Positions 36,101 to 44,335 of a stretch of DNA of 54,188 bases are shown piece by piece. Origin of the DNA: a virus (taxonomy: Duplodnaviria > Caudoviricetes); IMG/VR virus record IMGVR_UViG_3300034220_000043, positions 1 through 54,188 of that record. One strand, given 5' to 3'. Positions within the stretch are counted from its first letter, which is position 1. Every line of letters starts with the position of its first letter. A program made the translations under genes and the position numbers. The notes beneath the pieces are model-generated. The model was not told the DNA's origin and did not search any database. It saw nothing but the letters and a program-made list of their open reading frames with translations.

Positions 36101-38015
36101 GCGCGAAGACGATGCTGGCGTGGCCCTCGCCGCTGCCGAGGAGGCGGTGGTCGGCGGCGTGGGCGTAGGACCCGAGCACCTCCATGATCAGCGTGATGAG
36201 CGAGGTCTTCCCGGTGCCGCCCTCGCCGAACAGGATGGGCAGCGCGGCGTCGGCGTAGCCGGTGGTGGCGATGGACAGCACGCGCAGCGCCCAGGCGCGG
36301 ACCTCGGGGTCGGGCCACACCGCGGCGAGGAAGGCGTCCCACAGCGGCGTCGGGACGGGCGCGGGGCCCACGCCGGCGGCGACGAGGTGCGGGCCGTGCG
36401 GGTCGAGGTGCGTGGCGATGGTGGGCACCTCGGCGCTGGCGCGCAGGTCCCACGGCCAGCCGCCGGCCCACAGCACGTCGGGCTCGCGGTCGAGGTCGGC
36501 GATGCGGACGGTGGCGGGGTGGCGGCCGCCGTCGGTGTGTCGGCGCATCGTGGCGGCGACCGCGGCCGCGGGCCCGCTGGTCATCATCCGCAGGCGGCGC
36601 TTGTAGGCGCGCTGCGCCGGGCTGGCGGGCTCGCCCTTGGCCACGGGGGTGGGGTCGCCGTCGGGCATCAGGGCGGCGCACTCCGACACCACCCGCCCGG
36701 CGAGGTCGCCCTCCATCGACCACTGCTCGGCGCCGCGCAGCAGCCACGCGCTCTTGGTGTCGCTGGCGCGGCGGGCCATGTAGAAGCAGCGGCGCAGCAT
36801 CGCGTCGGCGAGCGGGTGGTCGAGGTCGACGCCGGGGTCGAACGCCTCGGTGCCCACGACCTGGGCCCAGGACGGGTCGACGAGCTTGGGCGGCAGCTGC
36901 AGGTGCAGCGGCTCGAAGGGCTCGGGGTCGTCCTCGCCGGCGCGGCGGTCGTCGACCGGGCGGGGGCGGGCGTCGACGGTGACCCCGGTCAGCCCGGCCC
37001 ACCCGGGGCCGCCGGGCAGGGTGCAGGGGTCGGCGAGGTGCTGGACGCCGCCGAGGACGGTGACGGCCTTGCGGGCGCTGGAGAGCAGCATGCGCTCGAA
37101 CTCGGCGTCGCGGGCCTCCCCGGCGGTGACCGCGGCCCACTGGTCGCGCAGGGCGGGCAGCGCGGCGCCGAGGCCGGCGTGGCCCATGGCCGCGGACTGG
37201 ACGAGGCGGTGCGTGCGGGCGGTCATGGCGTCGTGGCGGGCGCCGACGTCGGGGTCGGCCAGCGCGCGGGCGGTGGCGTCCAGGGCGTCGTACATGACCG
37301 AGCAGGCGGGCCGGTCGTCGGCGCTCAGGGCGGCGAGCAGCGCCTCCCCGCTGGCGTGGCTGGCCGAGGCGGGGGCGGCGTCGGTGGCGCCCTCGCGCAG
37401 CCCGTCGACCCAGGCCGGGGGCAGCTCGGGCAGCTCGCCGGGGGTGGGGAGCCGGGTGGCGGGGGCGCCGTCGGGGGCGTACCAGGTGTAGGCGGTGCCG
37501 ACGTCGCCGTGCGGGGAGGGCCAGACCACGGCGTAGCGGTGGTGGCGCTGGATGATCTCGATGTCGGGGCGCAGCACGGTGGCGTAGCGCCCGGCCGGCA
37601 CGCGGTAGAACCGGATGCGGCTGGGGCCCTGCCCGCGGGCGGTGGAGCTCCACGTGGGCGGCAGCAGCCCCCAGCGCGCTTCGGCGGCGGCGAGGGTCTG
37701 GCCGCCGACCTTCACCTTGCCGCTGGGGGTGGTGTAGTCGTCGACGTCGATGCCGACGATCCCGTCGGGCAGCCGCAGCGCGATGGAGTGCCCGGCGTAG
37801 CCGTTGCCGGCCCAGGCGGCGAGCAGCTCGGCCGAGGTGTCCTGGCCTTCCTCGCCGGTGTAGCCGGTGGGCGGCGGGCTCTTGGTCTCGGCGGGCACGG
37901 GCAGCACGGCGGGCCAGCCGGCGTGGTGGTAGAGCGCGGCCGCGGAGGCGAAGACGGGGGGCGCGGTGGTGGTCACGGGCGGCCGCCGAGCGGGCAGGGG
38001 GACTTCATCGTTCAC
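33117..38015 (-). CDS. Multidomain replicase: PrimPol primase + D5/P4-type SF3 helicase + 3'-5' exonuclease + family A DNA polymerase (~1630 aa)
   Basis: GIDVDDY; GEGGTGKTS, SFIDE, LKQLTGG; VDVETSG, YAASDV; TGRMS, PNLQQ, ADFSGVELRV, RYIAKRGVFGRIYG, VHDEL; no internal stop. Confidence 0.9.
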   Translation of the reverse strand: MNDEVPLPARRPPVTTTAPPVFASAAALYHHAGWPAVLPVPAETKSPPPTGYTGEEGQDTSAELLAAWAGNGYAGHSIALRLPDGIVGIDVDDYTTPSGKVKVGGQTLAAAEARWGLLPPTWSSTARGQGPSRIRFYRVPAGRYATVLRPDIEIIQRHHRYAVVWPSPHGDVGTAYTWYAPDGAPATRLPTPGELPELPPAWVDGLREGATDAAPASASHASGEALLAALSADDRPACSVMYDALDATARALADPDVGARHDAMTARTHRLVQSAAMGHAGLGAALPALRDQWAAVTAGEARDAEFERMLLSSARKAVTVLGGVQHLADPCTLPGGPGWAGLTGVTVDARPRPVDDRRAGEDDPEPFEPLHLQLPPKLVDPSWAQVVGTEAFDPGVDLDHPLADAMLRRCFYMARRASDTKSAWLLRGAEQWSMEGDLAGRVVSECAALMPDGDPTPVAKGEPASPAQRAYKRRLRMMTSGPAAAVAATMRRHTDGGRHPATVRIADLDREPDVLWAGGWPWDLRASAEVPTIATHLDPHGPHLVAAGVGPAPVPTPLWDAFLAAVWPDPEVRAWALRVLSIATTGYADAALPILFGEGGTGKTSLITLIMEVLGSYAHAADHRLLGSGEGHASIVFALKGRRLSFIDEAMREGTRNTERLKQLTGGGELTGNAMNQNPITFRPTHTLVLTSNTPPSVSDAAVRRRIRLLPCNGDPAEVRARRQALSGARWAAEAPGVLALLMREAAGWLANPDSALTSAAPLAVQFVMDELVGSQDVLGQWLTESVQPDEHGTRSHQLYVGFRGWCRDAGIRDSSILTETAWGRALNELGFGVLRRRDANYRPLVVRADPGFPQPSTPTPPPAASAPAPGAPSAVPGGSASPFAPRVEGLWGVGGGSIAVPSTTDNTMSPPVFVSPVEGVEGRSRHTVDGEEEQWKNTTHRRAVGANPPTLHTRGEEGENPQVAGAVDGVGGTNPPPRPSTPPTPAPEKAITPRSVSRTEAAARATEAKISKAEARRQLAEEKRLDAIATAQGEVLGLPAVVDRAGNTLPVTPAQAGEVVRAALARSGALTVDVETSGYPVGHADYELRSVQLGDEIAAAVLHPVDHASLVRELLAAAPVLHAHSATADLVPLAHAGLIDAESGWDRMHDTVIPAKLADPQSTGSDPGLKALAGAVLGAASTAPAADAARAALWKAGRWLTSTKVDTPPERSGWAQVATGSTTMLRYAASDVLDTAALARALPRPDAAVYERERLAQRMTARVAHRGVRIDAEHVREMTERHTAGRDAAAARVRALGVENPGSDQQVAEVALQLGAPLPRTATGRPSVAAGVLEPLRGAEGPLGELVGAVLDHRHHDTALGLFLEPYRLLCERGDGRARPTVYTLGTDTGRMSCVRPNLQQLSREGGVRACITADPGQLMIGADFSGVELRVAAALSQDPTLLAFLAEGRDLHGEIARQVWGEGATKANRYIAKRGVFGRIYGGGISTLATQVGVGHDVMQAVIDTLDGLTPGLAAWSASIREAVKRGATQYPSYSGRVIHLPREYPHKGPNYCIQGTARELLVDTLVRWRDTRWGTCTLLPVHDELDVFVPAEDAAEATAELVRCMETELLGVSIVADPSEPSYAWQDSV
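35071..35451. repeat. Iteron-like GTGGAGGGT/ACCCTCCAC cluster around an AT-rich core; putative replication origin
   Basis: Exact copies at 35157, 35247, 35256, 35305, 35346 and 35443; 1-mismatch copies at 35071 and 35106; AT-rich ~35190-35300. Confidence 0.75.
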
Positions 38016-39856
38016 GCACCTGTCGGGGAGCAGGGTTCGGTCAGAGCGGGGCCGGCCTGGTCGGGGAGGTTCAGGCCGAGCCGGTGGGCGATGAGGGGCA
38101 GGTAGGTGGGGTCGCGCTCGATGCCGAAGGCCCAGAAGCCCTCGTCGCGGGCGGCCTGCAGGGTGGTGCCGGAGCCGGCGAACGGGTCGAGTACCACCCC
38201 GCCGGGCGGGGTGACCAGCCGGACGAGCCACCGCATGAGCGCGAGCGGCTTCACGGTGGGGTGCGCGACACCGTCGACCTTCGGGCGTTCGGAGGTGGGG
38301 GCCTTCGCGCAGTAGAAGAACCGCGACGCCCCGCCGGAGTCCGCGCCCCGGGCGGGGACGCACTCGGTCTGCCCGGCGAACGCGCCGTACGCGTCGCGGA
38401 ACTTGTCGCTGCCGCGGCGGGTGGGGTTGGCTCCGCTGGTGAGCGCGCCGGTCTGCGCGTCGAGCTCGGCGGCTGCGTCCTCGTCCAGCACCACGTTCGC
38501 CGGCCACCGGCCCTGCTGAACATGGCCTGCCGTACACTTAGGGCATGCCGTGGATCGATCAGCAGGGGTACGTCCGGATGATCCATCAGGGTCGGGAGAC
38601 GCGAAAGCATCGAGTCGTCGCGGAGCAGATGCTCGGGCGCCCTCTCCTGTCGACGGAGCACGTTCACCATCGGAACGGGACGAAGTCGGACAACCGTCCG
38701 GAGAACCTGGAGATCGTGGATAACCGGTCTCACCTGCGCGAGCACTGGCAGGAAGGGCACTACGACCCGCGGGTGAAGCGTCAGACGAAGCCGGAAGCGA
38801 CGTGCTCAGGCTGCGGTCACTTCGGCCGTCTGCGGGCGAAGGGCATGTGCAGCTCGTGTTACTTCCAGGACTACTACCAGCGGCACCCGGAGAAGTGGGC
38901 GGCGTACCAGGCTCGACGCCGACGCGCGTAGCGTCGATGTTCAGCGCGCCCGTCCCGTGCGCCAGCACCGTCGCCGCCACCGTCCCGCCGCACGGCTTGC
39001 GCGCGACGACGATCGGCTCGTGGCCCGGCTTGAGCGCGGTTCCCCAGCCCTGCCAGCGGACAGCGTCCGGCGTCGATTCGCCGACCCGTTCAAGCCTGTT
39101 TTTCGTGGCGTTCCAACCGTCCCGTCCGTCAGCGCGCATGAATCCGACCCCCTCAGCGGGTCGGGTGGCGAACTCGACGCCCGGGGTGCCCTTGCGCCCG
39201 TTGAGGCGCCACACCTCGACGTCGAGCTCCGGGCCTACGCCTAGAAACTCCCGCAGCCAAGGCCACTTATCCAACGGGGGAACTTGCGAGTTTCGGTCAG
39301 GACTGAACCAATATTGAGACACATTGGCAGTGCCAAAGTGTTCGTCGATTTCACGGCGGCTGCGCCCAGACTGGGCGAGGGCGGCGCGAAGGGCTCGGCA
39401 GACAGTCGCCCTAGGATCGACGTCCTCGGTCCGCAGCTTGTCGATCGCCTTGCCCACATCGAGCGACTTCGGGAAGCCGGAGCCGTACAGCCAGGAGATC
39501 GAGTCGCGGATCTCGAACCCGGCCAGCCGCACCGACAGGCCCATGAGGTCGACGGTGCGGGACCCGGCGAACGCGAGCAGGTGCCCGCCTGGCTTGAGCA
39601 CCCGCAGACACTCGTCCCACACCGCCGGCGGCGGCACGAACCCGTCCCACGCCGCCGACATGAACCCGCGCCCGTCCGGGACGTGCTCCCGGTTGCCGGA
39701 GCACCAGGCGGTGACGGCCTGCGCGATGGCGGCCGGGCGGTGCTCGGCGAGGCCGTAGGGCGGGTCGCACACGATGGCGTCGAACTGCTCGTCGGCGAAG
39801 GTCCGCAGCACGTCGAGGCAGTCGCCGTCGAGCAGCACGGGCAGCGGCGCGGTCAT
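38012..39856 (-). CDS. N6-adenine/N4-cytosine DNA methyltransferase with two internal insertions
   Basis: DPPY, GSGFPKS, WGTALKP, GRWPANV, HPTVKP, DPFAGSGTT. Confidence 0.88.
   Translation of the reverse strand: MTAPLPVLLDGDCLDVLRTFADEQFDAIVCDPPYGLAEHRPAAIAQAVTAWCSGNREHVPDGRGFMSAAWDGFVPPPAVWDECLRVLKPGGHLLAFAGSRTVDLMGLSVRLAGFEIRDSISWLYGSGFPKSLDVGKAIDKLRTEDVDPRATVCRALRAALAQSGRSRREIDEHFGTANVSQYWFSPDRNSQVPPLDKWPWLREFLGVGPELDVEVWRLNGRKGTPGVEFATRPAEGVGFMRADGRDGWNATKNRLERVGESTPDAVRWQGWGTALKPGHEPIVVARKPCGGTVAATVLAHGTGALNIDATRVGVEPGTPPTSPGAAGSSPGSNTSCTCPSPADGRSDRSLSTSLPASSDASPAGRSALPASARAGETGYPRSPGSPDGCPTSSRSDGERAPSTGEGARASAPRRLDAFASPDPDGSSGRTPADRSTACPKCTAGHVQQGRWPANVVLDEDAAAELDAQTGALTSGANPTRRGSDKFRDAYGAFAGQTECVPARGADSGGASRFFYCAKAPTSERPKVDGVAHPTVKPLALMRWLVRLVTPPGGVVLDPFAGSGTTLQAARDEGFWAFGIERDPTYLPLIAHRLGLNLPDQAGPALTEPCSPTGA
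38545..38931 (+). CDS. HNH endonuclease nested antisense inside the methyltransferase
   Basis: GYVR..HRVVAEQMLGRPL..EHVHHRNG.KSDNRPENL..H; C-terminal CxxC..CxxC. Confidence 0.88.
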   Translation: MPWIDQQGYVRMIHQGRETRKHRVVAEQMLGRPLLSTEHVHHRNGTKSDNRPENLEIVDNRSHLREHWQEGHYDPRVKRQTKPEATCSGCGHFGRLRAKGMCSSCYFQDYYQRHPEKWAAYQARRRRA

Positions 39857-40320
39857 CGCGTACCGGCCCGGCGGCTCAGCGGGTCGGGGAGCCCGCAGTC
39901 GGAGGCGGCCGCGAACAGGCTGTGACGCCCGGCGTCGGCGGCGTGCGGCATGCCCTTGACGAGCAGCCCGGCCGCGATGAGGCGGCGGTCGGTCGCCCAC
40001 GGCTTCACCTCGGACGCGGACCGCAGCACGACGCGCATGCCCCGGTCGCCGGCCCAGGCCTGCAGCGCGCCGATGAGGTCGCGGGCGGTGCGGCCGCCGG
40101 CGGGGGTGGAGGAGCGCCCGGCGCGGGGCCCGACGACGAACGCCTCGACGGCCAGCAGCACCTCGGCGGGGTCCTGGGCGCCGAGCAGCATCTCGACGGT
40201 GTCGAGCACCAGCTCGGGGGTGACCTGCGCCAGGGCCGCGGGGCGCCAGGCGTCGAGGTCGATGCGGGCCAGGCCGGTGGTCGAGCCCGGGTCGACGCCG
40301 ATCACGGTGCGGATCTTCAT
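39853..40320 (-). CDS. RuvC-like Holliday junction resolvase
   Basis: VIGVDPGSTTG..VE.F..VK..HAADA. Confidence 0.75.
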   Translation of the reverse strand: MKIRTVIGVDPGSTTGLARIDLDAWRPAALAQVTPELVLDTVEMLLGAQDPAEVLLAVEAFVVGPRAGRSSTPAGGRTARDLIGALQAWAGDRGMRVVLRSASEVKPWATDRRLIAAGLLVKGMPHAADAGRHSLFAAASDCGLPDPLSRRAGTR

Positions 40321-41642
40321 GCCGCCACCGCCAGGCGCTGCGCGAGGTGGCCCAGCAGGTAGCGGAACGCGGCCGCGCCCTGCTGCGGCACGACGCCGTC
40401 GCCGAGCAGCGACAGGGCAGCGTTGCGGTGGCCGTTGGCGCGGGCCGCGAGGTCGGGGACGTCGCACACCCAGCCCTGGGGCAGGCCCATCATCCACTCG
40501 ACGAACGGCGGCGCGAGCTGGAAGCCGCCGCGGGGGCCGAGCTGGGTGGGGGCCGGGGCCTCGCGGTCGAACATGCAGCCCCAGCGGGCGACGGCCTCCG
40601 CGTAGACGCCCCAGTCGGCCGGCGGCGCGGCGGCGACCGCGATCTCGCGGGACCAGTCGCGGAGTCCCTCGCCGGTCAGCCAGCCCCGATCGCCGCCGGC
40701 ATCCGCCTCGCGCGGGGTGGGGATCAGGGTCACGGCAACGTCGCGCAGCCGCGGTCCGTGGTCGTTCCCGCCGTGGGTGCGCCGCTCGGGAACCGCGCGC
40801 ACGCCGCCCTGACCGTCCGTTCGGATCGGCGTAGGCAGTAGCGTCACCGCGGTCTGCAGGTTCAGCCCGCCGTCGCGGCCCGAGGTCCCGGCCCCGGTGG
40901 TCATGGACTGCGTCGGCGTCGGGAGCAGGGTGACGGCCTCGCGCAGCGACATGGGCACGACGGGCTGGGCCCGTACGCCGGCGCGGCTGTCCTGGTGGGT
41001 CGGCGTGGGCAGCAGGGTCAGGTGACCGCGCCCAGCAGGGTGGGGTTGCCCCGGCCGTACGTCATCGATGAGCGCTCGGCGTCGGAGCAGGCCGGCGTCG
41101 GCAGCAGCATCGATGGCGACGACGAAGCACCGGGCCCGCTGGTGGCAGCCCCAGACTCCGGGGTCGGAAGCGCGCTGCACCCGCCAGGACCCCACGTACC
41201 CGAGGGCGGCAAGGCCTCGGACAACTCGGCGAAGCTCACCGTTGCTGGTGATGCGGGCAACGTTCTCGCCGAAGAAGATCCGCGGCCGCGTCTCGGCGAT
41301 GGCGCGGGCGACGTTGGGCCAGAGGGCACGGGGGTCCGCCTCTCCCAGCCGCTTGCCGGCTGAGCTGTGCGGCTGGCACGGCCAGGAGGCGGCCAGCACG
41401 TCGATGGGCTCGAGGCCGGCGGCCTCGGCGGTGACGGGCCCGATCACCGGGAAGGCGCGGGCCATGTTCCCGAGGTTGGGCACGTCGGGGTGGCGGTGGC
41501 GCAGCAGCGCGACGGAGGCGGGCTTGATGTCGGAGTGCCAGGCGAAGCGCACCGACAGGTCGAAGTCGGCGAGCGCCCGGGCGACGGCCATGTCGAGCCC
41601 GCCGGCGCCGGTGAACAGGGACCCGCCGGTCAGCTCGGTCAC
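40317..41642 (-). CDS. DNA cytosine-5 methyltransferase
   Basis: SLFTGAGG, PCQ, ENV, HQRAR, EWMMGLP.GW, LGDGVVP; four TL(L/I)PTP repeats. Confidence 0.88.
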   Translation of the reverse strand: MTELTGGSLFTGAGGLDMAVARALADFDLSVRFAWHSDIKPASVALLRHRHPDVPNLGNMARAFPVIGPVTAEAAGLEPIDVLAASWPCQPHSSAGKRLGEADPRALWPNVARAIAETRPRIFFGENVARITSNGELRRVVRGLAALGYVGSWRVQRASDPGVWGCHQRARCFVVAIDAAADAGLLRRRALIDDVRPGQPHPAGRGHLTLLPTPTHQDSRAGVRAQPVVPMSLREAVTLLPTPTQSMTTGAGTSGRDGGLNLQTAVTLLPTPIRTDGQGGVRAVPERRTHGGNDHGPRLRDVAVTLIPTPREADAGGDRGWLTGEGLRDWSREIAVAAAPPADWGVYAEAVARWGCMFDREAPAPTQLGPRGGFQLAPPFVEWMMGLPQGWVCDVPDLAARANGHRNAALSLLGDGVVPQQGAAAFRYLLGHLAQRLAVAA

Positions 41643-41935
41643 GACGCCGCTCCGTCCTGCTGCGCGGCGACGAGCGCGCGCCGGTAGGGCATGGCCCGCC
41701 GCGCCAGCCGGCTGTGCGCCCAGGTGCCCAGCTCGGCCCACGCGCGGCCGTCCCCGTCCTGGGCCCAGACCAGCTCGGCGAGCTGGTGGTCGTGCGCGGT
41801 GGGCCGGTCGGCTGCGGCCCAGGCGGCGAGGCGGGCCAGCAGCGAGGGTCGGGCTGGCCGGTCGTCCCGGCGGGCGCGGGCGGTGAGCTCCTCGGCCTGG
41901 TGCTGCACGAAGGTCCACGGGTCGGTGGTGGTCAT
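41639..41935 (-). CDS. Hypothetical protein
   Basis: ATGA/GTGA coupling. Confidence 0.6.
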   Translation of the reverse strand: MTTTDPWTFVQHQAEELTARARRDDRPARPSLLARLAAWAAADRPTAHDHQLAELVWAQDGDGRAWAELGTWAHSRLARRAMPYRRALVAAQQDGAAS

Positions 41936-43725
41936 GCCGCTGTCTTCTTCCGTCGTCGGAGGTCCCGCACGCCCGCGCCACCGAGCAGTTCGGCGACGAC
42001 GCGGGGGTCCTGGACGAGGTCGGAGAGCTGGCCGGCGCGCTCGACGAGGACCGACCGCACTCGCGACTCGATGGTGTTGACGGCGACGACGTCGACGATC
42101 TCGACGCTGTCGTGGATCTCGGAGCCGATGCGGTGCTGGCGGTCCTCGGCCTGCAGGGCTTCGACGAGCGACCAGGGCCGCTGCAGGAACACCGCGGTGG
42201 ACGCGGCGGTGAGGGTGATGCCGACGCCGCCGGCGCCGGTGGTGACGCAGATGAGGTCGAGCTCGCCGCGCTGGAAGGCGTCGACGTGGGCGGTGCGCTC
42301 CTTGGCGCTCTGCCCGCCGACGACGTACCCGACGCGGTAGCCGGCGGCGGTGGCGGCCTGGCCGGCCAGCATCATGAGCTGCCGCGACGGGGCGTAGGCG
42401 GCGACTTGGGTGCCGGGGCGTTCGGCCATCACCTCGAGCAGCTCGTCGACCTTCCAGGACGGGGCGCGAAGGGTGACGTGCTGGTGCTGGCGCTCGACGG
42501 GCATCCCGGTGTGCGGGTCGGTGACGATCTCGGTGGTGGTCTCGACGTCGGCGGCCGCGGAGGCGAGCTGGGCGAGGCGGGTCATCTGGGCGAGCACACC
42601 CATGACGGACAGCTCCCCGCCGTCGGGCAGCTCGGCGAGCATGTCGGCCTCGAGGGCGTCGTAGGCCTTGCGGTACTCGGTGGGGAGCTCGACCTGCCGG
42701 ACGCTGTAGACCTTCGGCGGGAGCTCGGTGAGCACGTCGGCCTTGCTGACGCGGCGGTACTGGCCGAGCAGGGTCTGCCGGAACTCGGGCTCGGCGTGCG
42801 GGTTGAGGCCGAGCACGGTGCTGGCGTAGTCGCCCTGGACGGTGTCGCAGTAGCGACCGATCCAGCGCTCCCGCGATGGGTGCGCCGCGGGGCACATCGC
42901 GTACAGGGCGGGCCACAAGTCGCCGGGGTGGTGGGTGATGGGGGTGCCGGACAGCCCGACGAACGCCGAGGCGCGGGCCGCGAGGCGGCGCACGGCGCGG
43001 CTCTGCTCGGTGGCCTGGCCCTTCAGCTTGTGCACCTCGTCGGCGACCACGAACCGGGCGCCGAGCGCGATCAGCGGGTTGTGCCTTGGGTCGGTGTCGG
43101 AGGCGTCCATGCGGGCGGTGCCGTAGCTGGCGACGTAGACGTCGGCGAGGCCGATGAGCTTGCGTCGCCGGGCCGGGGTGCCGCGCCACGCGAGGGCGCG
43201 CCAGCTCGGGGCCCACCGGCGGACGTGCTCGATCCAGGAGTCCGCGACGGCGGGCGGGCAGATGACGAGGACGGGCAGCACCGGGTGCCCGGCGGCGTGC
43301 CGCTCGACGAGGCCGAGGATGGTGGACACGGTCTTGCCTGTGCCCTGCTCGTCGAACAGGAGCGCCGACCCGACGGCGCCGATCATGCAGGCGCCGGCGA
43401 CCTGGTAGCTGCGGGGCGTGAGCCCCGGCGGCGGGGTGACGGCGAGCTCGGTGGGTGGGGCGGTGCGGGCGCGCACCTGGTCGGCGAGCCAGGCGGTGAG
43501 CGCGGGCCCGGCCACCCACGAGGCGCCGAAGGTGCGGGCCAGCTGGATGGCGGCGGGCCAGCTCGCCGGGCACTGCATCGCGCCGGCGGGGGTGGTGGGC
43601 TTGAGCAGCGGGGTGAGGGTCTGCAGCTTCTGGGCGGCCTGCGCGACCTCGGCGTCCTCCCCGGCGGCGATGAGGATGATGCGCTCGCGGTCGGCGGTGA
43701 GCTCGCCGACGATGGTGACGGTCAC
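41932..43725 (-). CDS. SNF2-family helicase
   Basis: DEQGTGKT, DEVH, LSGTP, GVGITLT, QAEDRQHRIG. Confidence 0.92.
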   Translation of the reverse strand: MTVTIVGELTADRERIILIAAGEDAEVAQAAQKLQTLTPLLKPTTPAGAMQCPASWPAAIQLARTFGASWVAGPALTAWLADQVRARTAPPTELAVTPPPGLTPRSYQVAGACMIGAVGSALLFDEQGTGKTVSTILGLVERHAAGHPVLPVLVICPPAVADSWIEHVRRWAPSWRALAWRGTPARRRKLIGLADVYVASYGTARMDASDTDPRHNPLIALGARFVVADEVHKLKGQATEQSRAVRRLAARASAFVGLSGTPITHHPGDLWPALYAMCPAAHPSRERWIGRYCDTVQGDYASTVLGLNPHAEPEFRQTLLGQYRRVSKADVLTELPPKVYSVRQVELPTEYRKAYDALEADMLAELPDGGELSVMGVLAQMTRLAQLASAAADVETTTEIVTDPHTGMPVERQHQHVTLRAPSWKVDELLEVMAERPGTQVAAYAPSRQLMMLAGQAATAAGYRVGYVVGGQSAKERTAHVDAFQRGELDLICVTTGAGGVGITLTAASTAVFLQRPWSLVEALQAEDRQHRIGSEIHDSVEIVDVVAVNTIESRVRSVLVERAGQLSDLVQDPRVVAELLGGAGVRDLRRRKKTAA

Positions 43726-44069
43726 GGCGCCTCGCTCGCCGGATCCAGGAGCGTCAACGTCAGCCGCACCTTGCGGCCCCCCTCGAATCGGTGGTCCCGC
43801 AAGACGCGGCTGATCCAGTCGGACGGGCTGGCCGCGAGGGGTCCGCGGGGGCCGGCGACCTCGAAGGGCAGGGCGACCCCGTAGGCGAACACGTGCGCGC
43901 GCGGTCGGCAGCACAGGCACTGCCGCTGCGGGTCTTCTTCGGCTGCGGACTGCTGACTGCGGAGGACTCCGTCGATCTCGAACGTGACGCGCTCGCCTAC
44001 GGGGGGCTCGACGTCGGCGCCGATGCCCTCGGTGTTCGGCCGGAACGGGTCCAGCTGGGGTTCGGTCAC
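43722..44069 (-). CDS. Hypothetical protein
   Basis: AGGAG RBS, GTGA coupling to the helicase. Confidence 0.6.
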   Translation of the reverse strand: MTEPQLDPFRPNTEGIGADVEPPVGERVTFEIDGVLRSQQSAAEEDPQRQCLCCRPRAHVFAYGVALPFEVAGPRGPLAASPSDWISRVLRDHRFEGGRKVRLTLTLLDPASEAP

Positions 44070-44096
44070 GGTGTTGCTCCTGGTCACGAGGTGGGA

Positions 44097-44138
44097 AGCG
44101 CGGCCCGCCGGTCGGGACGGCATCCGGCGGGCCGCGCT
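44097..44138 (-). terminator. 15-bp-stem hairpin in an intergenic gap
   Basis: agcgcggcccgccgg / ccggcgggccgcgct. Confidence 0.6.
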
Positions 44139-44149
44139 GCTGGGGTGGG

Positions 44150-44335
44150 TCAGCCCGCGGTGCGGGCGCGGCGGATCTCGGCGGCGTACGCGGGGACGTC
44201 GCGTAGCCCCTTGCCGAGCTCGCGCGCGAACAGCCGGGCCGCGTAGCGCCTGCTCCACTCGCGACGGGCCGACAGGTAGGTGAAGCGCCACTCGGTCCGC
44301 AGCGTGCGGATCAGGGCCTCACGGAGGGCGGTCAC
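44150..44335 (-). CDS. Small basic hypothetical protein
   Basis: GTGA coupling. Confidence 0.55.
   Translation of the reverse strand: MTALREALIRTLRTEWRFTYLSARREWSRRYAARLFARELGKGLRDVPAYAAEIRRARTAG

Noticed and set aside
38520-38940. Intein or group I intron in the methyltransferase
   Set aside because: No intein terminal motifs, and the endonuclease is on the opposite strand; an intron fold could not be recognised by eye, though it is not formally excluded
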